From positions 160,001 through 224,000 of the forward strand of contig CAXXUA010000004.1 of NCBI GenBank assembly GCA_963663765.2: a stretch of DNA of 64,000 bases, read 5' to 3'. Under the pieces are notes generated by a model, which had not been told where the DNA came from, ran no database searches, and saw only the letters and a list, made by a program, of their open reading frames with translations. The DNA is from Candidatus Poribacteria bacterium. GTDB lineage: Bacteria > Poribacteria > WGA-4E > WGA-3G. Shown here piece after piece: positions 41,924-52,727 of the stretch (positions are counted from its first letter, which is position 1; each line of letters begins with the position of its first letter). The translations under genes were made by a program, and so were the position numbers.

Positions 41924-42422
41924 TCAATAGTTATTCCGAATTGAAATCGCATCTTCTACCCAAGTGGCGAGGTGTTTTTTGATATGGTTATAGACGTATT
42001 TGCTGCATGCGTATGGCGGATCATAGGACTTGACGATGGTAAAGAGTTTCTTTTTATCACGTCCCACAGTAAAGTCAGCGAATGGATTTTTCCCTTTTGT
42101 AGACTTGTTGCCATCACGGTCAAGTAGATTGTGGATGTAAATGCCTAAAACACCCTTTCCATCATTCCATGACTTTTTTATTTCATACTTAATCCACTTT
42201 CTTCCTGCAGTCTTCGCGCCAATGTAGGACGATCGTACAAGATTTACCTTTTAGTTGTCCATCAATCCAATTCTGAATTGCTTTACTTTCACCTTTTTTG
42301 ATTTGTTCCCAATCGTTATCTGAAACTGGGCGGTTGCCTTCTATCACTCCCATTTTTCTAACTTGGGCAGCACGCCAATTGTCCGGTTTGTAGTGAAAAC
42401 TGTAAAAAGATCTACGCGCCAT
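41924..42422 (-). pseudogene. ThsB-like TIR protein with a +1 frameshift near 42225
   Basis: MARRSFYSFHY..DNWRAAQVR...SCTIVL, then in the other frame IGAKTAGRKWIKYEIKKSWNDGKGVLGIYIH...GKNPF...IRNNY*. Span is 499 nt (3n+1). Confidence 0.85.
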
Positions 42423-42423
42423 A

Positions 42424-42840
42424 TTACGCTCCCTGATTATGTCCAATCAACTGCCAAAGCAAAACTATGCCAATAACGATTAGGATTGTGACGTAAAAAG
42501 GTAGAAGTGTTTTAGAAAAAATGGATTTTAACCAATCCCATTTCTTCTTAAATGGAGTAGTGTTCATAGAGAAATCTATTTGATCTTCCTCGATTTCTCT
42601 AACGGTATCGTATAATCGCCGAAAGAGTCGTTCTTGGTTTAGATAGAAACCATCTAACGCCCAAAAAGAAAGGGTCGGAATCGCTGCTAACCAAACATAC
42701 ATCGGTTTGGAATCTTTTGTAGCAAATCCTAAAACGGCTGCAACGAAAATCACCGTCCATCCTTTTAAAAAAAAGGAACTATTCGCAAGTCGGTTGATGA
42801 CATTCTGAATCAGTTCTAAATGCTTTAGTTTTTTTACCAT
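42424..42840 (-). CDS. Small three-TM membrane protein, TIR-associated putative effector
   Basis: KHLELIQNVINRLANSSFFLKGW...FWALDGFYLNQERLFRRLYD. The stop lies 1 nt before the TIR start. Confidence 0.75.
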   Translation of the reverse strand: MVKKLKHLELIQNVINRLANSSFFLKGWTVIFVAAVLGFATKDSKPMYVWLAAIPTLSFWALDGFYLNQERLFRRLYDTVREIEEDQIDFSMNTTPFKKKWDWLKSIFSKTLLPFYVTILIVIGIVLLWQLIGHNQGA

Positions 42841-43081
42841 CAGGACATTTCACTCGCTCAGCAAGTGCCTCCCTTATGAATTTTTGTGAATTCTCACGAT
42901 GCATATTTGATATTAGGGTACTACATCAGAACGTAAGTGTCAAGAAAAATGAGGGATGGTTGTGTAAATATTTGTTAATTATCTGAATCACGGGTTACGC
43001 GGATTTTTGACATTGATTTACAAATTGTTTTCGTAGGATTAGCATACGGAGTGTGAGCGTTAGAGCCAAAACCCTCTTAAG

Positions 43082-44298
43082 CTACCTAAAAACTTCGTCA
43101 AGTCGCCAAACAAGTTTAAGTGCATCTGACCAACCTGTTTTGGCAAAAATATCTAATAGATTTAGCAAGCTGTTCAAACAATCTTCGTCGTCTCTAACCA
43201 CATCACGATGGTCAGCGAGGACAATCTCAACCAATTTCACAACATCCTGAACTGCCAGTGATTCAAGATTATAACCGAAACGTTCACTTGATTTTGCAAC
43301 ATCATCAGCTAAAATTATAACTCTCTTAGGATCGCAATTGAGAAAATTGGTTAATAGTTGCATGAAATCGTGTGCTGTCGGTGCAAACATAAGTCCGTTT
43401 TCGCTATCATTTGCGAAATCCACTATCTGTTGCATCAATGGATAGACTTCATTGAAAATAAGACAATGTATGTCTTTATCTTCATTTTCTTGAGGAGGTC
43501 TGCTAACATTATTATTATTATGTGGGAATGTAAAGTAAAGACTTGAAATAATTTGGTCGAGAACTGCGTAAGTATTTCGTAATTCTTGTTCAACTTTTTC
43601 TGTTCTCTGTTCCTTAAACGTAGAACCTAACTCATTCATTGCAGGAATAGTTGCTGTAGCTATTTTCTTGAGTAGGATAATTGCACGTTTTAGATTCTCT
43701 TGAAAATCTGTATCTTGAGCACGTCTTGGATCAATATAACCCTTTATAATCTTTGTTACAAAACGAGTAAGGAGATTGGCATATCTAATAGGATCTCTCA
43801 AGAATTCTTCATCAATTGTGTTTAATGCCCATTGATTTTGACGTACAATTGCTAAACCCATTATAAGAAAACTAAACGGATCAACTGTACCCATTTTTTG
43901 TTCTGGTAGAGTAGTTTTCTCTAGAATTTTAGTCATAACCTGCACTGTATTTTCGTCATTCTCCTTTGTTGGTCGTAATACATAGGATAATGCAGAATAA
44001 AGACATTCTTGAACAATGAGATTACTTTCATTTTCGGCTCTCTCATTAATAATTTGCCAGAATCTATCAGGTTTTTTATTATAGATATTTGGTAGATGCA
44101 TTGCAGTAATCATTCGAACAGATGGAACTTTATCGGCAGCTAGCTTTTCAATTATAGATAGTATTTCCAGATCAGGTTTGTAGATACATATTTTTAGTAA
44201 TCCTTCAGCAGCATAGTGTCGTGGTTGTGAAGAATATCCTGGAAATTCGAAATTTTCATTGTTTTCTTGATCAGGATCAGGTAGATTATGAGTTGCCC
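43082..44298 (-). pseudogene. C-terminal fragment of a large helical protein (STAND/AVAST-like), 5'-truncated at a MITE
   Basis: The frame stays open upstream of 44113 (ATHNLPDPD...PRHYAAEGL...ADKVPSVRM) up to the MITE at 44299. It ends LDIFAKTGWSDALKLVWRLDEVFR. The family call is from recall and no P-loop remains. Confidence 0.6.
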
Positions 44299-44440
44299 CA
44301 TAAGCGTCAATTTAAGGATTTTCACCTCTTGTGGGAGGGGTTTTCAACCCCGAATTTATGCGCTTTTCCTCTCAAATCAAGGTTGAAAAACCCTCCCACA
44401 AGAAAAATGACAACAATATTTTCTTAAATTGACGCCTATG
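44299..44440. mobile_element. MITE family D
   Basis: Closely similar to 29827-29968. No target duplication: the right flank is a cut REP and the left flank is coding sequence. Confidence 0.85.
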
Positions 44441-44942
44441 GGGCTGGGTTATCCAGCCCCTACGTGCCCCGCCGCACGTGCAAATAATTACGGATTTTAC
44501 TATAATATCAACCATACTCTTCAGTCCCGTAGAGACGATATGTTTATTCTTCTATGTCGTTCCTACGGAACTCAAGAGAGGGTGATTACGCCTTTCTATA
44601 AACATATCGTCCCTACGGGACTAAAGAGAACAAAAGTTTGTACCTCTGTGCAAAAACTTTACACACCCTTGTATTCTACTACATGTAGTAAAGTAAATTA
44701 TTACACGAATTCATAGTAAATAAGCGGTGGCACGTGGACGTGACAATCCATGTGTGCTTTTTTTTTCGGTGGCATGCATGGTAAAATCCATGCATGCCAT
44801 TTTTTTTAAGGAGAACGAACAATGAAGTAAAAACGCCCACGTATCACAGAAGAATTAGAACTGCTTTGCGTCACACTTGTCGCATAATTAGGCGATACAC
44901 AACAAGCAATAGCAGAAGTCAATAGACAGATGCTAATTCATC

Positions 44943-45135
44943 TATTGTAAATTATGGAATTAATTACACACTTGTACAGGTAGGAACGACCTCCTGGTCG
45001 CGACCGTATGGAGACCATGTATCAAAACAGTCGTGACCAGGAGGTCGCTCCTACCAAAGAAAAGAATTGGATACTTACATGACAGCTAATATGGTAAATT
45101 GTAGAAATGTAAACTTATTTTCAAATTTCACCATA
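44943..45135. mobile_element. MITE family B copy with a REP doublet
   Basis: Inverted relative of 2494-2757 (shared ends and the accatgtat/aaaacagtc core). Confidence 0.7.
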
Positions 45136-45431
45136 AAATAAAAAATATGATACCTACGGTCTATCACCTGATGATCTAAAAGACAGAGATTGGTGTAAAA
45201 GAGCATTCAGAGATGCAAACCCGAACTATCCAAAATACTGTCCACCAGATTCTAAATATTTCAATACATTGAAGAGCAGAAGACGTTTTTAGCAGGATGT
45301 GTATAGAAAAACGTTGAATACCCTATCTTTAGTTCAATAGGGACGAGATGTGTATAGAACAATCTCAAAATGTGAAAAAATAATGCAAACAAGTAGTTAA
45401 CTTACACAACTCGTTATTGTGTAAATACTGA

Positions 45432-45746
45432 CTATTCCAAATCGGTTTGAATTTTTATCTCTTCATCTTCAACGATAACGGGATAGGTTCTAATTCGCAA
45501 CCGAGGATCCGTCAGACATTCACCAGTCTCTGTATTGTAGATATATCCATGCACCGGACAAACAACCGTTCCATTCCGTATCCGTCCACGTCCGAGTGAA
45601 CCCATTGCATGCGGACATGTGTTGTCTACCGCACAGAACTTGCCGTTTTCATTCAGAACTGCAATTCGTCTTCCATTGACTGTAAATGATTTTCCGCGTC
45701 CCTCTTTAATAGAAGATGTTTTTGTCACTGGTGTCCATTCAGACAT
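45432..45746 (-). CDS. Rieske [2Fe-2S] ferredoxin
   Basis: CPH...CPVH ligands. Confidence 0.9.
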   Translation of the reverse strand: MSEWTPVTKTSSIKEGRGKSFTVNGRRIAVLNENGKFCAVDNTCPHAMGSLGRGRIRNGTVVCPVHGYIYNTETGECLTDPRLRIRTYPVIVEDEEIKIQTDLE

Positions 45747-45751
45747 AGTTA

Positions 45752-47455
45752 TTACTCCTTTACACTTCCAAGTGTAATTCCTTGAACAAACTCGCGTTGC
45801 ATTGCTAAAAACAGAATGACAATAGGTAATAAAGATAGCAATGTACCTGCCATCAACATTCCGTATTCTTGTCGATATATGCCGACAAGATTTGCTAATC
45901 CGATAGGTAATGTGTATTTTGCTTCATCTCTTAGGATGATGAGGGGCCAGAGATACCCGTTCCACGAACTCAAAAAAGAATAAATAGTTAACGCGCCCAG
46001 TGCTGGCTTGATGATAGGTAGCACAATTCGGTAATAGATTCCGAATTCAGAACACCCGTCAATTCGTGCTGCGTCAAGTAACTCTGATGGTATCGTCACA
46101 ATGAATTGTCGCATCAGAAATACGCCAAACGCGCCAACAGCAAAGGGGATAATGATCGCTTTGTAGCTATTTAGCCAACCGATGTCATACATCAATCCGA
46201 ACAGAGGCACAAGCAAGACCTGAAATGGTACCATCATAGACGCAAGCAGGATACTGAAAAGAACAGTTTTACCGCGAAACTGATATTTTGCAAATCCATA
46301 TCCAGCGAGTGAACAGAAAAACAGCGTGAGAAGCGTTGAGGCAGTTGCTATGAAAACGCTATTTATAAAATAACGGTTATACGGAACTGCATTCCATAAA
46401 TTTCTATAGTTTGATGTAAGTTTGTACCAAACTATAGAAAGATAAGATGGACGGTGAATTGTTAGTTGTAGATTTATGTTGTGTTCACTACCGGGGGGTG
46501 GAGCAACGCTTTTTATCAAGTCTTGCTTTTCAACATATTGCTGCATCGGAATGTGTTCTGCCTCTAATTCACTTGGATCACCCTTTAGTCGCCAAATAAT
46601 ATCTTTCTTCAAATCAGTACCAAGAATAAAAGGATGCTCTGGTTGATATGTTGTTCCGATAGTTGATACAGATAGTGAGAGATGATGGTATGACGCATCA
46701 CCACGCACTGGTAATACAATACTTCTGATGTTATATATTGGAATGGATGACTGGACCTTTGCTGTCAGGTTGATTTGATTACTGTCTTGAAAAGTGTAAG
46801 TTAGACCAGTAATCGTAGAAGCATCGGTGTTATGCTGAATTGGTGTAATTGTTGCTGAATCAGATTCCCAATCTACGGATTCTACTTTGGTTTTTTTGAA
46901 ATCTGTGTCTTCAATTTCTATTGTACCAACTGTGACCTGTTTATATATGTTTTTCCAAATAGTTTCAATTGTTTCAGTGATTATAGCATTTTCAACTGTG
47001 TTTAGGATACTCTCATTATTAGCATTCCAAACTTCTGTTGGTAATGTTGCGATGTGTTGTTGCCAAATGCCTTGAACCGTTTCTGTTTGTAAGTCCTCTG
47101 ACAGATTGGTGGATGCAAGTTGTGGGTTTGCTGCGATATGTTCACGTGCTTTTTTCCATATTACATTTTCTAATTCAGGTTTAATCGTTTCCCATGCATC
47201 TTTATTAACTGATGCTGGTTTTGTAATATCTGGGTAAAGGTCGGTGACGACATAAGGCGATGATGTTATGCGTGACGGTAATTTAGGAAGCCATTTAATT
47301 GGTACTGCAAAAACCTCATTTGCGGTTTTGAATGAGGAACTTATTAGCCATAGCAGTGGTACCATTGTACAAAACGCGGCAGCAAGAAGTAGAGGATAAC
47401 CAATACCGATAGCGATTTTTCTTTGAACATTCTTGTGTTTATTATTACGGTTCAT
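45752..47455 (-). CDS. Carbohydrate ABC transporter permease (MalG-like) with a large insertion
   Basis: PLLWLISSSFKT N-terminus, NSVFIA, ELLDAARIDG and QREFVQGITLGSVK, with ~270 extra residues after TM1. Confidence 0.85.
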   Translation of the reverse strand: MNRNNKHKNVQRKIAIGIGYPLLLAAAFCTMVPLLWLISSSFKTANEVFAVPIKWLPKLPSRITSSPYVVTDLYPDITKPASVNKDAWETIKPELENVIWKKAREHIAANPQLASTNLSEDLQTETVQGIWQQHIATLPTEVWNANNESILNTVENAIITETIETIWKNIYKQVTVGTIEIEDTDFKKTKVESVDWESDSATITPIQHNTDASTITGLTYTFQDSNQINLTAKVQSSIPIYNIRSIVLPVRGDASYHHLSLSVSTIGTTYQPEHPFILGTDLKKDIIWRLKGDPSELEAEHIPMQQYVEKQDLIKSVAPPPGSEHNINLQLTIHRPSYLSIVWYKLTSNYRNLWNAVPYNRYFINSVFIATASTLLTLFFCSLAGYGFAKYQFRGKTVLFSILLASMMVPFQVLLVPLFGLMYDIGWLNSYKAIIIPFAVGAFGVFLMRQFIVTIPSELLDAARIDGCSEFGIYYRIVLPIIKPALGALTIYSFLSSWNGYLWPLIILRDEAKYTLPIGLANLVGIYRQEYGMLMAGTLLSLLPIVILFLAMQREFVQGITLGSVKE

Positions 47456-47459
47456 CTGT

Positions 47460-48332
47460 TTACTTTTCTAAATCGTAAAACTCTATGGTATTTGCACGTT
47501 GCATATCATCTTGATATTTGAAGACACAACCCAGAGTTTCAGCAATGGTATCTGCATCCAAATGTGCTTTCCCAAGTGCTAAAATAGCTAAACCCCAATC
47601 TAATGTTTCAGCAATTCCGGGTTTCTTATAGAAATCACCTTCTCGCCATAGCTGCATCATCTGACACAATTGCCGTGCAAGATTTTCGTTGATCTGAGGT
47701 AACTTTGTTTGAATAATTGCTAATTCCTTTTCTACAGTTGGATAATCAATCCATTGATAGAGACAACGTCTTTTGAGTGCTTCATGAACATCACGTGTTC
47801 GGTTTGATGTAAGCACAACATACGGGATTTGCTTTGCTCGTATCGTGCCAATTTCGGGTATAGTAATCTGGAAATCAGATAGTATCTCAAGTAAAAATGC
47901 TTCAAATTCACTATCGCTCCGATCAATTTCATCTATAAGTAGTACGGGTGGAACATTTCCGTCCTCTTGTATTGCTTCAAGGAGTGGTCGCTTGAGTAGG
48001 AATTTCTCACTAAATAGGTCTGATCCTATTTTTTCTTTATCGCGTCCTTGAGCTTCGTCAATCCGCAGTTGCAGTATTTGTCGAGAGTAATTCCATTCAT
48101 ATAATGCACTATGGACATCTAATCCTTCATAACACTGTAGCCGAATCAGTCTTGCACTTGTTGCATCAGCAAGAACTTTTGCAACCTCAGTTTTTCCAAC
48201 ACCTGGTTCACCTTCTAAAAAGATGGGTTTTTTGAGATGATGTGCAAGATACAAGGTTGTTGCTAATCCTTTATCTGCAATGTATCCTTGTTTTTCACAG
48301 GTTAATTGGACATTTTCTATTGATTCAAACAT
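47460..48332 (-). CDS. MoxR/CoxD-like AAA+ ATPase
   Basis: LEGEPGVGKT, RLQCYEGLD, LLIDEIDR and EALKRRC. Confidence 0.9.
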   Translation of the reverse strand: MFESIENVQLTCEKQGYIADKGLATTLYLAHHLKKPIFLEGEPGVGKTEVAKVLADATSARLIRLQCYEGLDVHSALYEWNYSRQILQLRIDEAQGRDKEKIGSDLFSEKFLLKRPLLEAIQEDGNVPPVLLIDEIDRSDSEFEAFLLEILSDFQITIPEIGTIRAKQIPYVVLTSNRTRDVHEALKRRCLYQWIDYPTVEKELAIIQTKLPQINENLARQLCQMMQLWREGDFYKKPGIAETLDWGLAILALGKAHLDADTIAETLGCVFKYQDDMQRANTIEFYDLEK

Positions 48333-48652
48333 ATTGTTAGTGTGTGATTAATCGACAATTGAATGCGTGCGATTGGGTATCCTGTCCTTATCGTGGAATA
48401 TTTTAGTTATTTTTTTGTTGTGTATTTTTGTATTTGATTTGTTAACTATTTTTTTGTTCTTTTTGCTCTGTCTGTGATTTTTTTGCTCATTGTTTGCATC
48501 AGACTAAAAGTTTGGATTTTATTTGTGTTTATGGGTAATATTATACCTTATGGCAGTGTAGGTTTGTTATGCTTATTGTTATGAGAACAATAGAAATCAT
48601 GTATAATCTATTGTGATTCTATTGTTGAATTGAATGTCTGTGGATATTTCCT

Positions 48653-48874
48653 CAGGGTTATGCAGTTTTCAATATTTTTGATAATATTTTGCTATGTCGT
48701 TAATTTTATCTGATACCATCTTGTCCAGTTCTTTAGTCCCTACGGAACTAAAGAGCGATGTTCATGTTTCAATAATCTAAAATTGATGTATAAAGTTCGG
48801 TTCGGAAACCGAACCTGGGTATTAACGTTCAGTAAATCTCAATAACAGAAAACTCTTAAAACTGAATATCCCTG
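48653..48874. mobile_element. MITE family A, internally deleted
   Basis: Both ends present and the hairpin block collapsed. Degenerate 9-bp duplication atatttcct / atatctctt. Confidence 0.8.
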
Positions 48875-48887
48875 ATATCTCTTGTTT

Positions 48888-49520
48888 TTATTTGAATTCT
48901 TTGATGGCTTTTTTATAATCTTCCATGTAATCAATGTCGCGGAGGACGTCGTCAGTGTCTACATTTACATAGTAAATATCATCACTGTAGGAAGCATACA
49001 AATCTCGGACTCCACCACTATTAGCATCTAATGCTAATATCTTCCCTACGTAGTTGCTGTTGAAGATGACAGGATGTCCGCGACGATTGTTATAACTTGG
49101 TAGAACAATACCTTTATTTGTTCTTGTATAAGCATCAATCACGCCGTTTATGAGTCTATGTGTGATAAAGGGTTGGTCAACTAACATAAGTGAAAATGCG
49201 TCTCTATTAGATTCATTCTTTGCGTTCACAAGGTCTAAAAATCTGATCCCCTCCTGTGCTGAGGTTAACATACCATCCCGGTAATCTGGATTGAAAACGG
49301 TCTTGACTGATCGTTCACCTAATACCTGCTTGATTTGGTCGGCACAATGCCCAACAACTACAATAACCTTACTGAATTTAGCTTTGAGCATATTGTCAAC
49401 CACTGTCTCAACGATTGTGCTTTTACCGAAAGGGAGTAACTGTTTCGGTTGTCCCATCCGAGTTGAAAGTCCTGCAGCGAGTAGTATGCCATGAATATGG
49501 GGTGCGGATGTATCAGTCAT
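48888..49520 (-). CDS. MocA-like molybdenum cofactor nucleotidyltransferase
   Basis: LLAAGLSTRMGQPKQLLP, NPDYRDGM, LVDQPF, GHPVIF and DID. Confidence 0.85.
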   Translation of the reverse strand: MTDTSAPHIHGILLAAGLSTRMGQPKQLLPFGKSTIVETVVDNMLKAKFSKVIVVVGHCADQIKQVLGERSVKTVFNPDYRDGMLTSAQEGIRFLDLVNAKNESNRDAFSLMLVDQPFITHRLINGVIDAYTRTNKGIVLPSYNNRRGHPVIFNSNYVGKILALDANSGGVRDLYASYSDDIYYVNVDTDDVLRDIDYMEDYKKAIKEFK

Positions 49521-49521
49521 C

Positions 49522-50487
49522 TCAAAACCGGACATCAAAAGACTTATAATCACCAGTCAACTCGCGTTCTTCTATATCAACATCATCAACTCTTGAAGCG
49601 CGGGGACCCTGTTCAAGTTTTTCTATCAATAGGTCTAAATGTAATAAATCACCTTCAGCCACAACTTCTACTTTTCCATTTGCTAAATTCTTTGCGTAGC
49701 CATTAACACCAAGTTGTTTTGCGTTAATTCGTGTAAAATTGCGAAATCCTACACCTTGTACCTTACCACTTATTAATATATAGAGCTGCATTTTTCGGTT
49801 TTCCTCGATCACGAATGTGACGGGTGTACCCAATTCTGGTAGCAAATCGTCATTCTTTTTATATAAGTTTTCTTCAACAGACTCTGGGAGCGGGTTTTGA
49901 AATAGTGCTGATCCATCGGTCTGCTTCAACGCAACAATATGGTTTGACATAAAGGCATACGGGATCACTGCATTCTCATCATCACTATCTAAATCGGGGA
50001 TGACTCGTGACCCTGAATATATCCACGCAACGGGTGGCATAGGTTTTTTAGTTTTGACATTATATATCAATTCTTCTGCTCGTATCTTCTTCGTTTTTCC
50101 ATTCTCTTTCCATTCAATTGAAAGCAGAAATGTTGTACCTGTAGGTGGGATATGTTTTTCATTTTCATCATCATAACCAGGTGGGGTGCCAGTCTTTATA
50201 GCGAGTAATTCAATTGCTTCATAAACATCTTTAGCAGACGCTTCAGTCTCCAGGATACTTTCGTATAGCTTACCTGTTGGTCCACAAGCGAGATATTCAA
50301 TTGCACCTTTTAAGGTGTCTTCGAATTCTCCCAATGCCTTAGAGATAGTGCCTTTTAATACTATTGCTTTTTCTTCTTCTATAATCTTTAGATGACCATC
50401 TGTCAATGCTATCGGTGTGATTGAGATGATAAACAGACCGGTACATATAATTATTGCTAATGCGACACAGAGATATTTCATAAACAA
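49522..50487 (-). CDS. Secreted YdjY-like domain fused to an acylphosphatase domain
   Basis: Signal peptide; IEYLAC...K.YESIL; C-terminal ISGKVQGVGFR, GYAKNLANGKVEVVAEG and GPRASRV. Confidence 0.75.
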   Translation of the reverse strand: MFMKYLCVALAIIICTGLFIISITPIALTDGHLKIIEEEKAIVLKGTISKALGEFEDTLKGAIEYLACGPTGKLYESILETEASAKDVYEAIELLAIKTGTPPGYDDENEKHIPPTGTTFLLSIEWKENGKTKKIRAEELIYNVKTKKPMPPVAWIYSGSRVIPDLDSDDENAVIPYAFMSNHIVALKQTDGSALFQNPLPESVEENLYKKNDDLLPELGTPVTFVIEENRKMQLYILISGKVQGVGFRNFTRINAKQLGVNGYAKNLANGKVEVVAEGDLLHLDLLIEKLEQGPRASRVDDVDIEERELTGDYKSFDVRF

Positions 50488-50512
50488 ACTCCTTGATATT
50501 GATAACTTGTTA

Positions 50513-51290
50513 TCAGAAAGTATAACTTAACCCGTTAAATATTTCCAGATCATGTTTCTGAATTCCTGTTGGTGGTTCGTTATCATAACGAAAATTTACA
50601 CTTAGCGGCACCCCCAACTTCGGTGTGATATTAAATTTAATGTTACCTTCAAACAGAATACGATAATCATGAATATTTCTCAAATGTGTCTGATAATATG
50701 CTGTTGCGCTGGTGGTAATACGATTTTCAATCTGAGCAGACCAATTGATATAATTTGTTGATCTCACTAATTGCGTTATTATTTCACCTACTGTATTGTC
50801 ATCTATTCGTTCGTGTTCATACATTACACCCGTTCCCATGTAGATAAAGATCTGCGATTTGGGTATTGGTACAGCATAACGGAGACCTACACCAACCAAA
50901 TTTCTGTCATTCAGTGAAATAGATTCATTGAACTGCTTTTGTGCGAATGTTTCTACCATAATATCATTTGCAAGAACTCGGATAAAACGTCCGTGTGTCA
51001 TTGCTTTGTTTGTATAGAACTCACCATCTTTTCGTCCTTGCTGAAGACTACCAAAAATAAAAGTATGGTATGCTTCAGTGATGTAATCGGAACGAAATCG
51101 TGTTCTTAGGGTGAGAATGTCTGTGTTGCCAGTTCGATATGTTATATCAAGATTTATTCTATTGTACATACCGGGATCCGTCTGCAGTTTTTTCATAGTG
51201 TCACCAGTAAAAATATTGACTTGTGCTTTTAGGGGCAAACATACACTAAAGAAAAGGGAAATGAAGAAAACGGGTCTTAGTGTATAGATA
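50513..51290 (-). CDS. DUF481 family outer-membrane beta-barrel protein
   Basis: AQVN after a hydrophobic segment, alternating beta strands and a terminal GLSYTF. Start uncertain; the called extension to 51514 overlaps the opposite gene. Confidence 0.7.
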
Positions 51291-51362
51291 ATTGGACAAA
51301 AATGTCGTTTATAGGTAGAATTGTGTTGTATTTTCAGCATAAAAGGAAACGGATTATTTGAC

Positions 51363-52328
51363 ATGCAGCGAATTCTAATTGACACAGACCCAGGAGTAGA
51401 CGATGCACTTGCGCTTCTGCTTGCGCTGAAATCACCAGAATTGCATGTAGAAGCGATAACAACCGTTAGCGGTAACGTGCATGTTGAGCAAGCGACGCAG
51501 AATCTACTTACCATTTTAGGTTTGCTGGCTATACCTGATTATCCCATTATTGCTAAAGGAGAGGCAGAACCGCTTGTTAAACCTCTCGTGAAAGCAGAAC
51601 ATGTTCATGGCGAAGATGGTTTAGGTAATATCAGTAAACTCCAAAATCCAGACGGTAGTCCGTTATATACTCCCGCAAATTGTGAGATTTCAAGCATGTC
51701 GGGTGTTGCCCTCATACTTGAGACTGTAGAACGTTTTCCCAATGAGTTGGTGGTAGTGGCACTGGGTCCCTTAACAAACATATCAAAAGCAATCCAAAAA
51801 GATGCGAATCTGATGCAGAAACTGCATAGCATTGTTTTGATGGGTGGGGTCTTTAGCGAATACGGCAACGTTACGACAACAGCGGAATTCAACGTCTATG
51901 TTGATCCGCACGCAGCCCATGAAGTTTTCAATTCAGGTGTACCAATTCACATTGCACCGTTGGATGTTACACATCAAGTGAAGTTAACTGGTGAAAGACT
52001 TGAAACGGAAATTGAAGCACGAAACGATAAAATATCCAGTTTTCTTAAGGACTCGACGCAAACTTGCATGGAGTTTTATCGTGAAAATGTAGGTTTTTAC
52101 GGTTTGCATATCCACGATGCTTTACCTATCGGAATGTTGACGCATCCACATTTTTTTCATAGTGTGCCAGCTTTTGTGCAAGTTGAAACCGAAGGACATC
52201 TAACGAGTGGCATGACAGTTGCTGACTTGCGACAAACTCCTCATGCTTCTATACCAAATGCAAGCATTTATACTGAAGTAGATGCAGAAGCATTTCTAAA
52301 CCACTTTTTTCAACGAATATTTTCATAA
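51363..52328 (+). CDS. Nucleoside hydrolase (IUNH family)
   Basis: IDTDPGVDDA, HVHGEDGLG, LGPLTN, AEFNVYVDP and IHD. Confidence 0.9.
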   Translation: MQRILIDTDPGVDDALALLLALKSPELHVEAITTVSGNVHVEQATQNLLTILGLLAIPDYPIIAKGEAEPLVKPLVKAEHVHGEDGLGNISKLQNPDGSPLYTPANCEISSMSGVALILETVERFPNELVVVALGPLTNISKAIQKDANLMQKLHSIVLMGGVFSEYGNVTTTAEFNVYVDPHAAHEVFNSGVPIHIAPLDVTHQVKLTGERLETEIEARNDKISSFLKDSTQTCMEFYRENVGFYGLHIHDALPIGMLTHPHFFHSVPAFVQVETEGHLTSGMTVADLRQTPHASIPNASIYTEVDAEAFLNHFFQRIFS

Positions 52329-52718
52329 CAGGACTTACGCAGTTTTCATGATCCAATCAAGAATTAAGACGAAAACGATGTAATTTTCACGACTTGTGCC
52401 AGTTAACCAATTGTTTTTATAGTTATCACATATATTAGGTTTATAATGCACACATATCGTCCCTACGGGACTAAAGAGGTTGTACTATGACGTTTTTCTA
52501 TAAACATATCGTCCCTACGGGACTGAAGATCGTTTCAAACTATGAAGGACACCTGTAAAACGTCATGTTTATGTGAAACAATGATTAACATATAGTTATT
52601 TAGCACAACTCGTAATTTTCAGCATTTTTTAGGTTTTCGGCGCGCTTACAAAGCACCAAATCAACGGTATGAATGCCGTTTAGGCATTCCCCGCCTACCG
52701 TTGGGTGCGTAAGTTTTG
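52329..52718. mobile_element. MITE family F with a nested family G element (52390-52612)
   Basis: The outer element has a 5-bp duplication cataa. The inner element has an exact 9-bp duplication taattttca. Confidence 0.9.
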
Positions 52719-52727
52719 CATAAACAA

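Noticed and set aside
44221-44716. Plus-strand ORFs 44221-44427 and 44429-44716 (also 11652-12131 and 41137-41319)
   Set aside because: They are composed of MITE/REP sequence.
48340-48650. T-rich tract as a gene or RNA
   Set aside because: I could not support an ORF, stable structure or repeat relationship there.
51291-51514. Long N-terminal extensions of DUF481 and nucleoside hydrolase
   Set aside because: These are antisense overlap and upstream read-through, and better starts exist for both genes.
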